Shown: positions 49,491 to 62,281 of the stretch, piece by piece
Layout: each line of letters opens with the position of its first letter
Position numbering within the stretch: position 1 is the first letter of the stretch
Program-made: the position numbers and the translations under genes
The notes under the pieces: model-generated
Seen by the model: the letters and a program-made list of their open reading frames with translations, nothing else
Databases searched by the model: none
Told to the model about the DNA's origin: nothing
Assembly: GCF_052425735.1 (NCBI RefSeq)
Contig: NC_135761.1
Location: 42,160,001-42,224,000, forward strand
Source: Oculina patagonica
Taxonomy: Eukaryota
Direction of reading: 5' to 3'
Length of the DNA stretch: 64,000 nt

Positions 49491-50353
49491 TATTGAAACA
49501 CAGATCTACATTCAAAACACAATATTTTTATACTTAATCATTGCCCTTCACAGCTGTAGTTGACATCAGCGATGAAGAGGATGATACTGAGCCTCACTTA
49601 CAACCTCGTCACTCAACGCCAATGGCCAGTAGAAGTCGAGCTTCCGATTGTGTGACAGCAACTCTGTATGGTAAGGGATCTTGTTTTAGGAAGGCAGACT
49701 TTACTAATAAGGCAAAACAATTTTTTTCCTGAATATTTTTTTCTGAAGTCTATACCCTCTATAGCTTTGTCATGTTTTGACCAAATTATTTGAAATTTTG
49801 CCACCAAAAGTATTCTGTAGAGATCTGCACTTTAAAGACTACAATGTTACATTGTTTGCCTCAATCTAGATTCTGTAAAAAAAGTGGCCATGGTGAGTAT
49901 GACTAAAACTGCAGCGTCTTGGGAGCTAGATGCTGTACAAGGTGAGATTTGGATATGTACATCTAAGTAGTATATGATGTATTTGTTTGACAAGGTACAG
50001 ACACCTGTGACGAAATCTTTTATTGTTGAAATGTATATTTTTACACTTGCATATAGCTCACTTTAACTATATACAAAAGAGAAACACAACAAAATGGTAT
50101 CAACATTTAAGGTGGCTCGAACCAGCATTTTTCTTGCAATTCCTTTCAACTTTGAACCCCTCATACATGTGCCTAAAGTGCATAAAGTCAACTTAATGAT
50201 ATATCCTCTAGATATGATGGATTACACATACACTGAACTGCATTTATGTTATAAACTTTTTGGGCTGGAGAGAGGAGACTGGGCAAGATGGCGGCAGGGT
50301 AAGACGTGCACATGGTGCTCCTTCAAAAGTGATGCCGTTGGAGGTGTAATTTC

Positions 50354-51253
50354 ATGTCCGCAAAAAGAAAAGGTAGACCAACTTTGTTGTCTGACAGTGC
50401 AGCCTCGCCGGAGGAAAAAAGATCCTGTCGTGAAAGCAGTGTAAGCGAAATAAGATGCGAAATGAGCGCCAACGATCCTGAGACGCTCTCGGCAGTCGAA
50501 TTACTTTCAAAGAAAATGGACACCGTCCTTTCAAAGCTTCAAAAGCTAGATAATATTGAAAGCAGACTCGATAACCTGTTCATGGCTGTATCTAACATAG
50601 AGGATGCCGTTGCCAATCTTGACAAGGAGGTTCATAACCTGAAGGAGAAGATGAAAAACACCAACAAGACAGTGAAGGAGCTTGAGGAAAGTGTTGACTT
50701 TAACGATGAAGAAATTGCCAATTTGAAACGCGATGTTAAAGCGGCGCAGAAGAAAGCGGACGATTTAGGCAAAGAACTTCTTTACCAAGAACACTTCAGT
50801 AGAAGAGAAAACCTAATGTTTATTGGAATCGAAGAACATAATACTACGGAACAAGACGAACAAGGCACTCGTCACGAGGTGGAGAATACAAAGGAGATTA
50901 TTTACAAGTTCATGGAAGACGAGCTTCAGATCAGCAACCCACGCGACAAGATTGAATTTCAAAGAATTCATCGAGTTGGAAAACCTAAAGACGACGGTCC
51001 TCGTCCAGTAATCGCAAGATTTTTGCGCTATTCTGACCGCGAATTAGTCCTCCGCCAAGCCAGAAAAACATTAAAGGATAAAGATTGCAACGTATTTGAG
51101 GACATTCCGAAAGAATTGTACGAACTAAGAAAATCCCAAAATAAGAAATTTAAGGATGCTAAGGCTAGAGGATGCAGTGTATATTTCAGCAAGAGATTCC
51201 CTGATAAACTCTATGTAAATGGAAAGTTTATTCCGAGTAATGCACCATTGTAA
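50354..51253 (+). CDS. L1-type ORF1 protein, intact
   Basis: Coiled coil, then FSRRENLMFIGI, IEFQRIHRVG, PRPVIARFLRYSDRE, EDIP and LYVNG. Confidence 0.9.
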   Translation: MSAKRKGRPTLLSDSAASPEEKRSCRESSVSEIRCEMSANDPETLSAVELLSKKMDTVLSKLQKLDNIESRLDNLFMAVSNIEDAVANLDKEVHNLKEKMKNTNKTVKELEESVDFNDEEIANLKRDVKAAQKKADDLGKELLYQEHFSRRENLMFIGIEEHNTTEQDEQGTRHEVENTKEIIYKFMEDELQISNPRDKIEFQRIHRVGKPKDDGPRPVIARFLRYSDRELVLRQARKTLKDKDCNVFEDIPKELYELRKSQNKKFKDAKARGCSVYFSKRFPDKLYVNGKFIPSNAPL

Positions 51254-51649
51254 TAATTTATTTGCTTTTCTTTCTGTTTTCGGCTCTTTATTGTACAACT
51301 TGGCACACTATATGCTAATCACCTTTTCCCGCTTTTAAACGCATAAATTTTTCTATATCACAAAAACTTAATTAATACGTAGTTAACATCACAAAGAAGG
51401 AGCACAACACAACATCAGGAATGTTATTCACAGTAGGTGTAGGAACGCCCATACAATTCGCTTTGGGGCAGTCGGTAAGTAGGATAAATTCAGTCTTCTT
51501 TGGGTGTTTGTGTTGTAATTATGCATGTTGCTACATTCTCAGCTTAATTCTCAGTTTCATTTGTTTTGCTACGCTATTAAATAATCATTAGCTAAGCCTA
51601 TTCAGGATAAAACCATAGTCGCACAATAGGAGAAGTTAATTTTAAGATA

Positions 51650-54600
51650 ATGTCACTCAATGCTCGAGGGATTCGAGACCTCCAGAAACGCAAATCAATT
51701 TTTACGTGGATAGAAAAACAGAAAAGTGACATAACGTTTCTTCAAGAAACCTATAGTACACCAGAAATCCTTAGTGATTGGAAATTCCAATGGCGTGGAG
51801 AAATGATCTATAGTCACGGTTCGAATCATAGCAGTGGAGTGCTCGTCCTCATTAACGAACAGCTACAGTTCGAATTAAAAAATGCCGTAATAGACGATAA
51901 CGGCCGTTACATTTTATTAGAGATGACCATCCAAGACTCTCCATTTCTTTTGTTAAATTTATATGCGCCTACAAAACTCAACGAACAAGTAGCCTTTTTC
52001 GAAGAAATCCTTTCTATTATTCAAACCACCAGCTTTGACACAGAATGTAGAATTATCATTGGTGGAGATTTCAATGTTCATCTAGATGCTGCTCTTGATA
52101 ACTCTGGAGGAAAAATTGAAACGAAATCTACTGTTAAAAATATTCATGATATAATGCTTGAGTATAACCTAATTGATATATGGTGAGTTCATAATCCAGA
52201 TAAAAAGCAGTTTACTTGGAGGCAAAAAACGCCGATTATTCAGCGACGCATTGACTTTTGGCTCATAAGTGATGAACTACAAGACGACATTCAAAAAGCA
52301 GACATCGTCCCAGCTATCAGAACCGACCATGCAGCAATCAGCTTGTCCCTCAATAGCCTAAAAGACCAACCATTTGGACCATCTTATTGGAAATTTAATT
52401 CAAGCCTTCTTGATGACGATACTTACATACAGCTTATTAACTCTGAATATCCAAATTGGATTATGGAATTTTCTGAAGTTAATGACCCAAGAGTTTTATG
52501 GGATTTAATTAAATACAGGATCAGACAAATTACTCTCCAATATAGCAAAACTATCGCCAAAAATCGAAAAGCACGGTTACAGAGAGCGGAAGAAACCCTA
52601 AAACAATGCGAGGAAATTTACAACAACAATCCATCAGAAGATAATATTATAAAGTTGGACGAAGCAAGGAGTGTGTATGAAGCATTGTATGATTATATTA
52701 TTCAAGGTAAAATAATCAGATCAAGAGTGAACTGGTATGAACAAGGGAAAAAAATTCAAAATACTTTTTAAATCTTGAAACCAACAAAACCGGAAAAACA
52801 TCGATTCGTCGGCTATTTAATTCAGATGGAAAAATAATTTTAAATTCAAAATTCATTATGAAAGAACTTGAGGATTATTACACATCTCTCTACAGAAACC
52901 AGGATTCAAGCGATGGTGACCGATTTATTCCAGATTTCACCAACAGCGTTCACATTCCTAAACTAAGCGATGATCAGAAAAATCTTTGTGAAGGAATTTT
53001 GTCAAACACTGAGTGTTTTAACGCACTATCTAAATTCCCAAATGGAAAAAAACCTGGAAATGACGGCTTAACACCAGAATTTTACAAAAAGTTCTGGAAT
53101 CTTCTTGGCCAACTTATGACCGATTCCTTGAATTTTTCTTACCTACACGGCGAATTGTCTAATTCACAAAAACAAGCAATAATAAGACTTATTGAGAAGA
53201 AAGGAAAGGATAGACGTTATATAAAAAACTGGCGGCCTATCTCTTTATTAAATGTTGACACTAAAATAGCTTCGAAAGCATTAGCATTGCGATTAGAAAA
53301 AGTATTGCCTTTTATTATAAACGGGGACCAATATGCTTATGTCAAAGGCAGAACTATTTTCGATGCGGTCCGGCCAATCGAAGACATCATGGAATACACG
53401 AGAATTAACCAGATACCTGGGTTAATGGTGGCAATTGACTTTGAAAAAGCATTTGATTCTATAAGCTGGAATTTTTTGCTAAAAGCATTAAAATCGTTCA
53501 ATCTTGGTGAATCTTTTGTTAAATGGATCTCTGTTTTTTATTCTAATATATCCAGTTGTGTCACAAACAATGGTTTTTCGACGCCATTGTTCAGTGTTGA
53601 AAGAGGTGTTAGACAAGGAGACCCGTTGTCACCGTATCTGTTCATCATAGTGTTGGAACTACTATTAATTAAAATAAGAAGTGATCCTCGTATTAAAGGA
53701 ATTAAAATTGGTAATATAGAGGTAAAACTTGCAGCCTTTGCTGATGACTTGACAACATTTGTACACAACAAAGCCTCCATAGAACATTTGTTCAGTACAC
53801 TGGGACTATTCGAAAAATGTTCAGGCTTGAAATTAAACAAAGACAAAACGGAGGCCTACTGGCTCGGGAGTAGCCATAATTGTAAACAAAACTTGGGTAT
53901 AGAAACTGTTAATGAACCAATGAAGATTCTGGGAATTTATTTTACGTATAATTCTCGCCTAAAACATGAACTTAATTTTGAAGCAATACTTAAATCTTTA
54001 AAGAAAACCTTGAATGGTTGGCAATGGCGAAATCTAACTGTGTTCGGCAAGATTCAAATCATTAAAACATTCGCAATGCCAAAACTCATGTACCGTGCTT
54101 CCGTATTAAATCTAGACAAAGATTTTTTGAAAAAGGTTAATTCTGTGATGTTTAATTTTTTATGGAACGGAAAAGATAAAATCAAACGCTTAGCTCTGAT
54201 CAGCGATTATAAAGATGGCGGTCTGAAAATGCCTCACGTGGAGTCTGCAATCAAAACTCAGAGAATCATTTGCCTAAAGAAGTATACTGAGAACTATCAT
54301 AGCCCTTGGAAAGGATTCTCAAAGATCACGGCGAGAAATTCCTTCTTCATTGTAATTATAATGGTGCTGATCTACCTAAACACCTTCCTAAATTTTATCC
54401 CGAGTGTTTTGAGACCTGGGCGACAGTCAATACTAAAGAAATGTCCTCCCGAGACGTCATCATGGATCAAATACTATGGAACAATCAATTTCTGCGTATT
54501 GGGGGCAAACCTCAATTTTGCAAAAAATCATATATGGCTGGAATTGTAAAGATAAAAGATATCCTTCTCCCGAACGGCAAATTAAAAACTTGGAATTTCT

Positions 54601-55400
54601 TTTGAGAAAAAGGGCTGAATTTTAACAATTATTTCTTAATCCTTGGTCTGTCAAAAGCACTTCCAGACGCATGGAGAGTCTTGATAAACTCGAAAAATCC
54701 ACAACCCCCTGATGCGCAAGAGCAGAGCACCACCACAATTTTGGATTTAACTCAGTTTGTGCTCAATTGTAATAATGAAGAAATTAAGCTCAGTGAACTC
54801 ACGAGCAAAAGACTGTACTGGATTCTGATAGGGAACATACACGTCCATCCTACTGCAAGATTAAAATACAACTCTTTATTTGATGATCAAAATCTTGACT
54901 GGAATCAAATTTATTTAACGCCACAAAAAGTGACTTTAGACATTAAAACAAGAATGTTTCAATTTAAAATTCTTAATCGTATAATATATACTAACAAATT
55001 GTTGAATAAAATGAGGCTAATAGATACCTCGTTATGTACGTTTTGTGGAGAGTACGAAGAATCTCTCAAGCATTTGTTTTTACACTGCAAATTTACCATA
55101 GATTTCTGGACGCATACTACTAACTGGTTAAATAAATTAAATATTACCATTTCTAGGCTAAATGACAGCGAAATTCTGCTAGGTATTACAAAAGAAAGTC
55201 CTCATTGGACTCTTCTCAATCATATTCTCATTGCTGGTAAGCAAGTAATCCACGCTAATCGGCTCAGGAAAACAAAACCACTCCTACCTCAGTTAATAGC
55301 TAAACTTAAATTTATTGAACACAATGAATATTGTATCGCTAAGAAAAGGGACAGGCTTAAATTTCACCTACAGAAATGGGAAATACTTAAGTTTTCTTGA
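51650..55400 (+). pseudogene. Tx1 no. 2 ORF2 (APE + RT + zf-RVT) with a few lesions
   Basis: APE motifs; PGNDG, NWRPISLLN, DFEKAFD, GVRQGDPLSP, FADD, CTFC..HLFLHC. Stops at about 52184 and 54603, frameshifts at about 52750 and 54310. Confidence 0.95.
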
Positions 55401-56155
55401 GAAATTATTGTATCTTTAAATAAGTCCTTTTACTTAATCTTCATTGTTGTAAATAGGGCATAATTAGTGTCAAATAGAAGTAGCTTAGCAATCAATCAAC
55501 ACTTTTGTTAAATAGGAGTAGCGCTTTACGTTAGCGACAATAGTATTGTTTTTTTTTTTGTGTTTGTAGTGTATGCAATGTTAGAATCGTCTTTGTAAGT
55601 AATTGTCAGTAATTGTATTGTAATGTAGTGTGCATGAATCAGTAAGAGCAATTAAAAAAAAAATAAAAAAAAATAACAAAAAATAAACTTTTTGGAGATC
55701 GGAATGACAACAAAGTGGATCGGGTTTTTTCCAAAGGGGTTTTGCTGGACTTTCCTCGGGGGTGGGGGGGGGGCAACTGCACAGGGTGTGAATTCAAACA
55801 CCAGTGCTCTAAATGTGGCCTTAATCAACCCCTTTCCAACTGCCAGCAAAACCAAAAACAGGCGGGACAATGACTAAATCACAAGACAGGGTTGTCAGCC
55901 AGCAACAGCTGCACCCATTCCACTACCCACACCAGTCAAGGTTAACAGTTACGCCTTTTATCTTAGGGGTTTTGATAAAAAATGTCTGTATGAGGTATGT
56001 ATCAATACATACGTCAAAGCAATAAGCTTTCAGATGACTGGTATATAAAGAAATAGCCGAAGCAAATACACACACCCCACCTTACTGACTGGTAGTGGTA
56101 CAGCAATGGCTTCTCCTGTACCTGAAACCAATACATGGCTTGAACAGCTTTCACA

Positions 56156-58345
56156 TAGACTGCAAAACAGTCATATTTTCTCTTAAGTCGTTGGAAAAAG
56201 CGCTTATCGAAGGCGCGAAGCGTCAAACGTTGAGGCGCAAAGTGCCAATCGATCGTCTGGCAAGCCTCGCACGCCCGCAGGGCGAGCGAGGCGAGAAAAA
56301 ACGACTGTCGGCTTTCCATACAACAAATTTGTTCCGACCAGGGGGCCAAGTAATGTCACCAAGTTGTCAAAAATTTCATGACACCTCCACCCATATTTTA
56401 AATTTGATAGCATTGTTTATTTTCACGCTGTCCACGCACGAACTAGAGTGTTTAAAAGTCCGAGTTTTTTTTATTTTGGTTCAGTTTTGCGTGAAAAAGG
56501 TAGAATGTGTCCCGTTTAAAATAGAAGTCTGTTTTTATTCATCCAATGGATCAAACAACACCGAAGAAACCCGCCTCATGAAGATGAACAAAGCGAAAAG
56601 ACGCGTCGACTGTTGCAGATTATGTCTTCGAATTCATAGCGGCAATGAAGCTGCATTCAGCGAGCTTGAACTCTTTGTGACCTAACACGGGAAAACGTAC
56701 ACTAACGATTTTCCGTTTAACCGCTAGAAGCGTTTATTATCCGTTTATCATTCGTTTAAACGATTCATAAAAATCGTTTAAACGGTAAGGCCATCCGTTT
56801 ATCTGGTGTCCTAAACTGTTTAAACGGTTAACACTATCTTTTACATGCCGTTTAAACGATAAGGCCATCCGTCCATTTCGTATCCTAAACCATTTAAACA
56901 GTAAACGCTGTGTTTACTTTATTTCACCGTTTATCAGCGTTTATCGATGTTCACAAACGGCAAACTACGGTACGGAACAAGCACAAATAAAATGGGGTAC
57001 GCTTGTTTCTAAATAAATCGACTTCGTTTCAAAATTATTTATACCATACAAGCTTTAATAAATTCAACACGCGTGGAATAAAATGAACTGTGACATTTCG
57101 AAGCTTGTGATAAACATTTATTTTATCCATCTCACTTACCAGTAAAGCGCAACTTTTTTTGGTAAACTTTTTCGGTAAAATACATTCTCATGTCATCTCC
57201 AGTTGAAGGTCTTGATTTAAAACAGTGAAGTGATTCGAAATAATCGAAACAAGTCGAGAAAATACGGTAGCTTTCATCATTCACAATATCGAAAGTGAAA
57301 GCCACTTTTCCATTCTCACGTGCAAAGACGAGACGAGACGGCGGCGAATCACGCTTGGCTTCTTGACCTTTCATCGCCAAGAATGTCACGGTTTCCTAGA
57401 AATTTCTGTTCACGCAATTGAATGGTATTATTACACAGTAAACGTCTTGATCTTTAATGTTTCTTTCAACTTTTTCACACTGAATGTTTCAGAATTAAAA
57501 AACAATTCATTTTCGGAGTTGTTTACCAGCAAACCGCATGTCTGGGACGGCGGGACAGGAGAAGCCGACATTTGCATAATCATAAGTTTGTCGGCGTTTT
57601 AAAGAATGTCGCCCGAAAGATATCAAATTCCCCGCGAATACATGTCATTGATTTCTCAATCTTCTGTAGAACTTTTATTCGATCCCAAGTTAAGAAACAA
57701 ACTTTTGATTCGTTAGCTTTTCGTGAAAACTTTTTTTTACCGCAAACTCGCCGGTTTAAATTGTCACGTTCGATCTCCTGTGTAAATAAAAAACTTGCCG
57801 TTGTTTAATTTTTGCTGCATGCAAATACCTAAATGCAGAGTTCGCTTGCAGTCCTCTTATTCTGTTAAATTGCTCTTTGATATGTAGGTAACAGTTAAAT
57901 TTCAACTTGGAATAGTATGTGTGAACGAGCTTTTAGACAATTTTTTTCCGTCGCCAAAATTTCCGTCTGACACGCAACTAATTATCTCGCGTTCGGCCAT
58001 TCAAACTTTTGCAAATTTTATCTAAATACTTTCAGTTTTGTCTGCCGCTTTGAAGATCTTTTTCATCCTTGCCATTAGAATGGCTTTCGTTTAAATGTTT
58101 TGCACTGCCATTTAAAAACTTTCGGCTTGAGTTTAAATGTTTTGCTTTGCCGTTTAAGCGCTTTCGGCATCCTTTTGAATGTTTTATTTTCGCTTAAACG
58201 CTTTCGGCTTCCGTTTAAATGTTTTGCCTTACTGTTTAAACGCTTGTGACAAGCGTTTAATTATTATGCTTGTCCGTTTAAATGGTTTAGAAGCCGTTTA
58301 CTATCCGTTTACTATCCGTCCGTTTTTATCCGTTTCGCGGATTTT

Positions 58346-58376
<31 letters not shown>

Positions 58377-58829
58377 CTTTGCCAGGACAAACGGTTGGAA
58401 AATGCGGCTTTTGCCAAAGGCCTTTGAAAGCACAGCAAAAACATCCTTACCCTTTGATTAAAAAGCTTCCTTTTGATCTGATTTTAATACAAAACCCAAA
58501 TCGTTCGCAAGCGCATCCAAGTCTTTTTCATTTTGTTCGCGCGAAGAGCATGTTCTACTGTCAAATTGATACGGAGTCGAATATCTTTGACGAGGTGCGA
58601 AAGAGTTTTTGGTGACAGGTAACGTCACCAATGACCAATGACCAATGTGAATTTTCCGTTTCTGGGAGAACGGGAAATTCAAAACGAATTTTATGTATGG
58701 AAAGCCGACAGCCGTATCTTTTAGCGTCTCTCCCCAGTCTCACCCATAGTTTTGACATTGGCTCCAGACCTCTCGCTCTCGTTTCAACACCGAGCGCGTT
58801 CGCAAAAGATACGACTGTTTTGCAGTCTA
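56156..58829. mobile_element. Non-autonomous Academ(H)-like DNA transposon
   Basis: TIR tagactgcaaaacagtc / gactgttttgcagtcta. Perfect 9-bp TSD gctttcaca at 56147-56155 and 58830-58838. Confidence 0.85.
56686..58367. mobile_element. Non-autonomous CACTA-like element (CACGG termini) nested in the Academ-like element
   Basis: TIR cacgggaaaacgtacactaacga / tcgttagtgtacgttttcccgtg. Many subterminal cgtttaaa(c) motifs at both ends. Flanks taa/tga. Confidence 0.8.
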
Positions 58830-59139
58830 GCTTTCACAGCTTTGTTATTGTTAAAACCAATGATGGGCACACTGTATTTCATTTCAAACCTTGGAAAAGT
58901 GGTGGCTAAAAGAGATTTTTATGAAGTGCTATTTCTCCCTCAAACTGCTCATTGTGGTCACGAAATATTTCCCAAGTCAACGTGAAAGTGATAGCCATAT
59001 TTGTTCACCTGTTTGTACAGTTTTTCATGCAGAGCAGCAGTTGAGCACAAGTCATGTTAAGCCTGTTGATAAACCTATTTAATCTTTGACACATATCTCT
59101 CCTGGAGATTGATTTAATGGATTTCCGTAATTGCCCATG

Positions 59140-59335
59140 CGATTGTCAAAATTCTTCACTGCTATATTATCAGAGTGAAGAACAAGAGCAGTATCAACAT
59201 TTTTCAAAGAGTATGGTATAAACAAGAGGAGCATACTTCTAGATGCTCCCTATTTTGATGTTACAAACCAGTTACCACAAGATGTGATGCACATTGTTCT
59301 GGAGGGATCCGTGTCAAGAACACTTTATAGAAGTA
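59140..59335 (+). pseudogene. CACTA/EnSpm transposase fragment
   Basis: EYGINKRSILLDAPYFDVTNQLPQDVMHIVLEG matches the D.MH...EG motif. Confidence 0.72.
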
Positions 59336-59489
59336 AGCATTCCACCTGAATTAAAGGATAAGTGGTTCTGTTACCAGACGATGTGTGCCTGGCACAACGT
59401 GGTGCCAAAGACTGTAAAACGAAGGAACATTTGACAGAATTGTTTACAAGTGAGTGTAAACACATGTGTTTCTTTTTATTCTCAGAACA

Positions 59490-59815
59490 TTATTTTTGTA
59501 GCAATGCAAATTATTTTGAAAGACTGAAATATATAGGGTATGATAGGGCATGTGGCTTGAAGCCTTTTGAAAGAGCTGAGCTAAAAATGGCAGACAATTA
59601 TTGACAATATGAAATTTTTAGTGACATTTTTCACATCTCCAAATAAACGTGTGTATGCAACCAGACAATCCAAACTGTCTGCGTCAACCCATCTAGCAAT
59701 TTTTTTAAGAGATCGGAGCTGTGAATGCAGAATATTGCAAACAGGGCTTCCGTAGATTACTTACTAGGAAGATAACACAATTTAAGAGGAATGTGTTGTT
59801 CCGATGTTCAAGTGG
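59490..59815 (+). pseudogene. KDZ (Kyakuja-Dileera-Zisupton)-type transposase relic
   Basis: YIGYDRACGLKPF, DIFH, DNPNC and VNAEYCKQGFRRL match the YD.AC, D.FH and N.E..EQ motifs. Confidence 0.62.
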
Positions 59816-60359
59816 TGTCACTGCCACTACAATATATTTTGAAGTCAAGCAAGCCTTAAACCTTAGCTTCTGCTGCACTTCGGAGTGAGTCACACTTTAA
59901 AATAGTGCTTATCCCTTACAATGATACAGGCGATCCTGCTTCTTGAAAGAATAAGATATCTATCTTATGCTGCGCTGGCGGTAATTTCTGCACTGAAATA
60001 TGGGGGGGAGGTGCTGAGCATCCATCAATTTTTGCTTGGGGGACAACTGCCCCCCTCCCTGCTCCGCCGATTATGAGTTCGAAGTTGAATTGATTTTTCT
60101 TAGCAATGAGGTAAAGCGCAAAGGGTAAAAACAGCCAACAGGAGTTAGAAAGGATGATTGAAGAAAATTTCACTGGCATATATTTTTTTGTCTTTGCCTC
60201 AAAGAAGAATAAAAAGATTGAAGGATTGTGTTGTCAGTCGAGTAGTGTTGTACTATTCTGTAAATTCTCCTCTAGGATAGAACGTGCGCAAGACGACAGC
60301 AAAATTAAGTGTTGCTCTGTTTATACCGAACTCTTTAGACAGGAAACACGCAAGGAGTA

Positions 60360-60472
60360 ACACACATGTATGATGAGGGTTTTGGCGCAAATGGCAACAA
60401 ATAGCTCGGCTCGCTAGCTCGCCTCGCTCTTTGTTGCTATTTGCGACCAAAACCCTCATCATACATGTGTGT
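60360..60472. repeat. 113-bp hairpin
   Basis: acacacatgtatgatgagggttttgg.cgcaaat.gcaacaaa / tttgttgctatttgcgaccaaaaccctcatcatacatgtgtgt around a gctcg-rich loop. Confidence 0.9.
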
Positions 60473-61549
60473 AAGCGCGAGCGGCACGCAAAAAATCGCG
60501 AGCTGCATTGGTGCGCCAGAATTATTTTTCAATTGAACAAATGCTCTTATTGAGTAAACGAAGATGGGAAGAGGGAGAACTGGAGAAATTAACTTGAATG
60601 TAAAGAAAAACTTGAAAAGATCTCGTGGAAAAGCGTTTACAACCTACAAAAAAACTAAAGAAAATGAAAAACAAATAACAATCTTTTTAACAGACGAGCT
60701 GATTGAAAAATTAAAAAAACTAGACAGCAGTGTTGTCGCAAACGTTTTGACAAGCTAAACAAAACTTGCACGCTCCGGTGAGTGCATAAATTATCGAGTA
60801 ACACAGGAAGTCATTGTTTACCCTGTGCCAATTGCGTGGGAAACCCCCTTGACGTAATCTAATTCTTTTTTTTTTCATTTTGAATATTTTTAGCCGGAAA
60901 ACAACTCAAACTCTTTGTATGTGTGTTTTGAGAGCTATGATTTATTCAACAACAATATTTAATTTGACTAACATGTAAATATACCGTGAAATATTGAGCT
61001 AAGAACTTTCTAGCACATAAAAGAACAATATAAGATCACGGTAATTTTATTCACCAGGCGTCATTACTATTTTTAGTTAATAGGTTATTTCCCGATGTAA
61101 TGACGTCTTTTGTGACCAATCACCGTTAAAATTATAACTATATATTATTCACATAAGCTTTTTTGTATTACACAAACAATTATGGCCGATGTATGGAGAC
61201 GTTTATCAAACCTTTTTAATCGAAAAAAGAAGCAAAGACGCAGCTTACGGACATGAATCATTTGGAAACGACAAACTAGGATCTGATTATAATATTTTAC
61301 ATCAGCTATTCGTGCCTTCGCTTCGCGAAACCTAAGCAATTACGGACAACAATCAGATGCTTGGTCGTGAAGTTTGGTCACAAGGTTAAGTATATCGGAT
61401 GCTTGTAGACGTTTTTTCAAACATTTTTCGATCAAAATTAAGAAGATTTAACTCAGTTTATCGACATGAATCATTTGTAGATGTCAAACGATAGCCTAAT
61501 ACAACTAAAGCGTTTGCCAAACTTGACCAAAATTTGCCAAGTTACAAGC

Positions 61550-61880
61550 CAAAACACGTCATCACTTTGGAATGCAATCGGTTACGCCGTAACCTGAATT
61601 GACAAAATTATTTTAGTCACAGGCCTCAAAACGTCATCACTTTGAAATTTCAAATGGGTTACGCTGTAACCCGAATTGACAAAATCAGCCAAGTTCTCAA
61701 CCTTAAATATTCCGCCGTTGTCAAGGAACAATTTACCTTAGATACCGTGGCCATAGATGTCTGCCGTTGTCAAGGAACAATTTACCTTGGATACCGTGGC
61801 CATGAATGTCCGCCGTTGTCAACGAACAATTTACCTTGGATACCGCGGCCATAGATGTCCGCCGTTGTCAACGAACATTT
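61550..61880. repeat. Tandem repeat block next to the viral genes (two ~75-bp units, then 3.5 x 49-bp units)
   Basis: The 49-bp unit ccgccgttgtcaa(g/c)gaacaatttacctt.gataccg.ggccat.gatgt starts at 61712, 61761, 61810 and 61859. cgtcatcactttg.aat...ggttacgc.gtaacc.gaattgacaaaat occurs twice in 61555-61685. Confidence 0.9.
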
Positions 61881-62281
61881 AACTTAGCAACTGAATAAAA
61901 TTATTTTACTTAACACACTTGTAATGTTTATTGATTGCTTATTATATCATTAAAAAGCTGTTGATTTGCATAAGTCTGACGCTGTGGGACATTCACCCAC
62001 ACACAAAAAAAATTTGCATGCATTGTTCAGACAAGCCCTTGACTGTGGGGATTAAATCAAGTGTTTATTTTTTTTCTGATTTCGACTCGGCTGAAAGTCA
62101 CTTTAAGCACGCTTTAACCTTTTATTTTGCCTCGTTCAGGCAAACAACAACCTCTCTTGTGATGTCTCGAACATTTTTTTGCAACTCGAACGACAATGCT
62201 TCCATCACAAAGTAAACGACAAGATGAGCGCAGACAATCATTCTTTTATAAAATGAAAAAATGTTTTATTGGACTGAAATT

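Larger units (their letters stand above)
50264..55682 (+). mobile_element. Full-length Tx1/L1-clade LINE no. 2
   Basis: 13-bp TSD ataaactttttgg at 50251-50263 and 55683-55695. ORF1, ORF2 and an A-rich tail. Confidence 0.95.

Noticed and set aside
61712-61880. 49-bp repeats as a CRISPR array
   Set aside because: The units are contiguous, near-identical tandem copies with no unique spacers.
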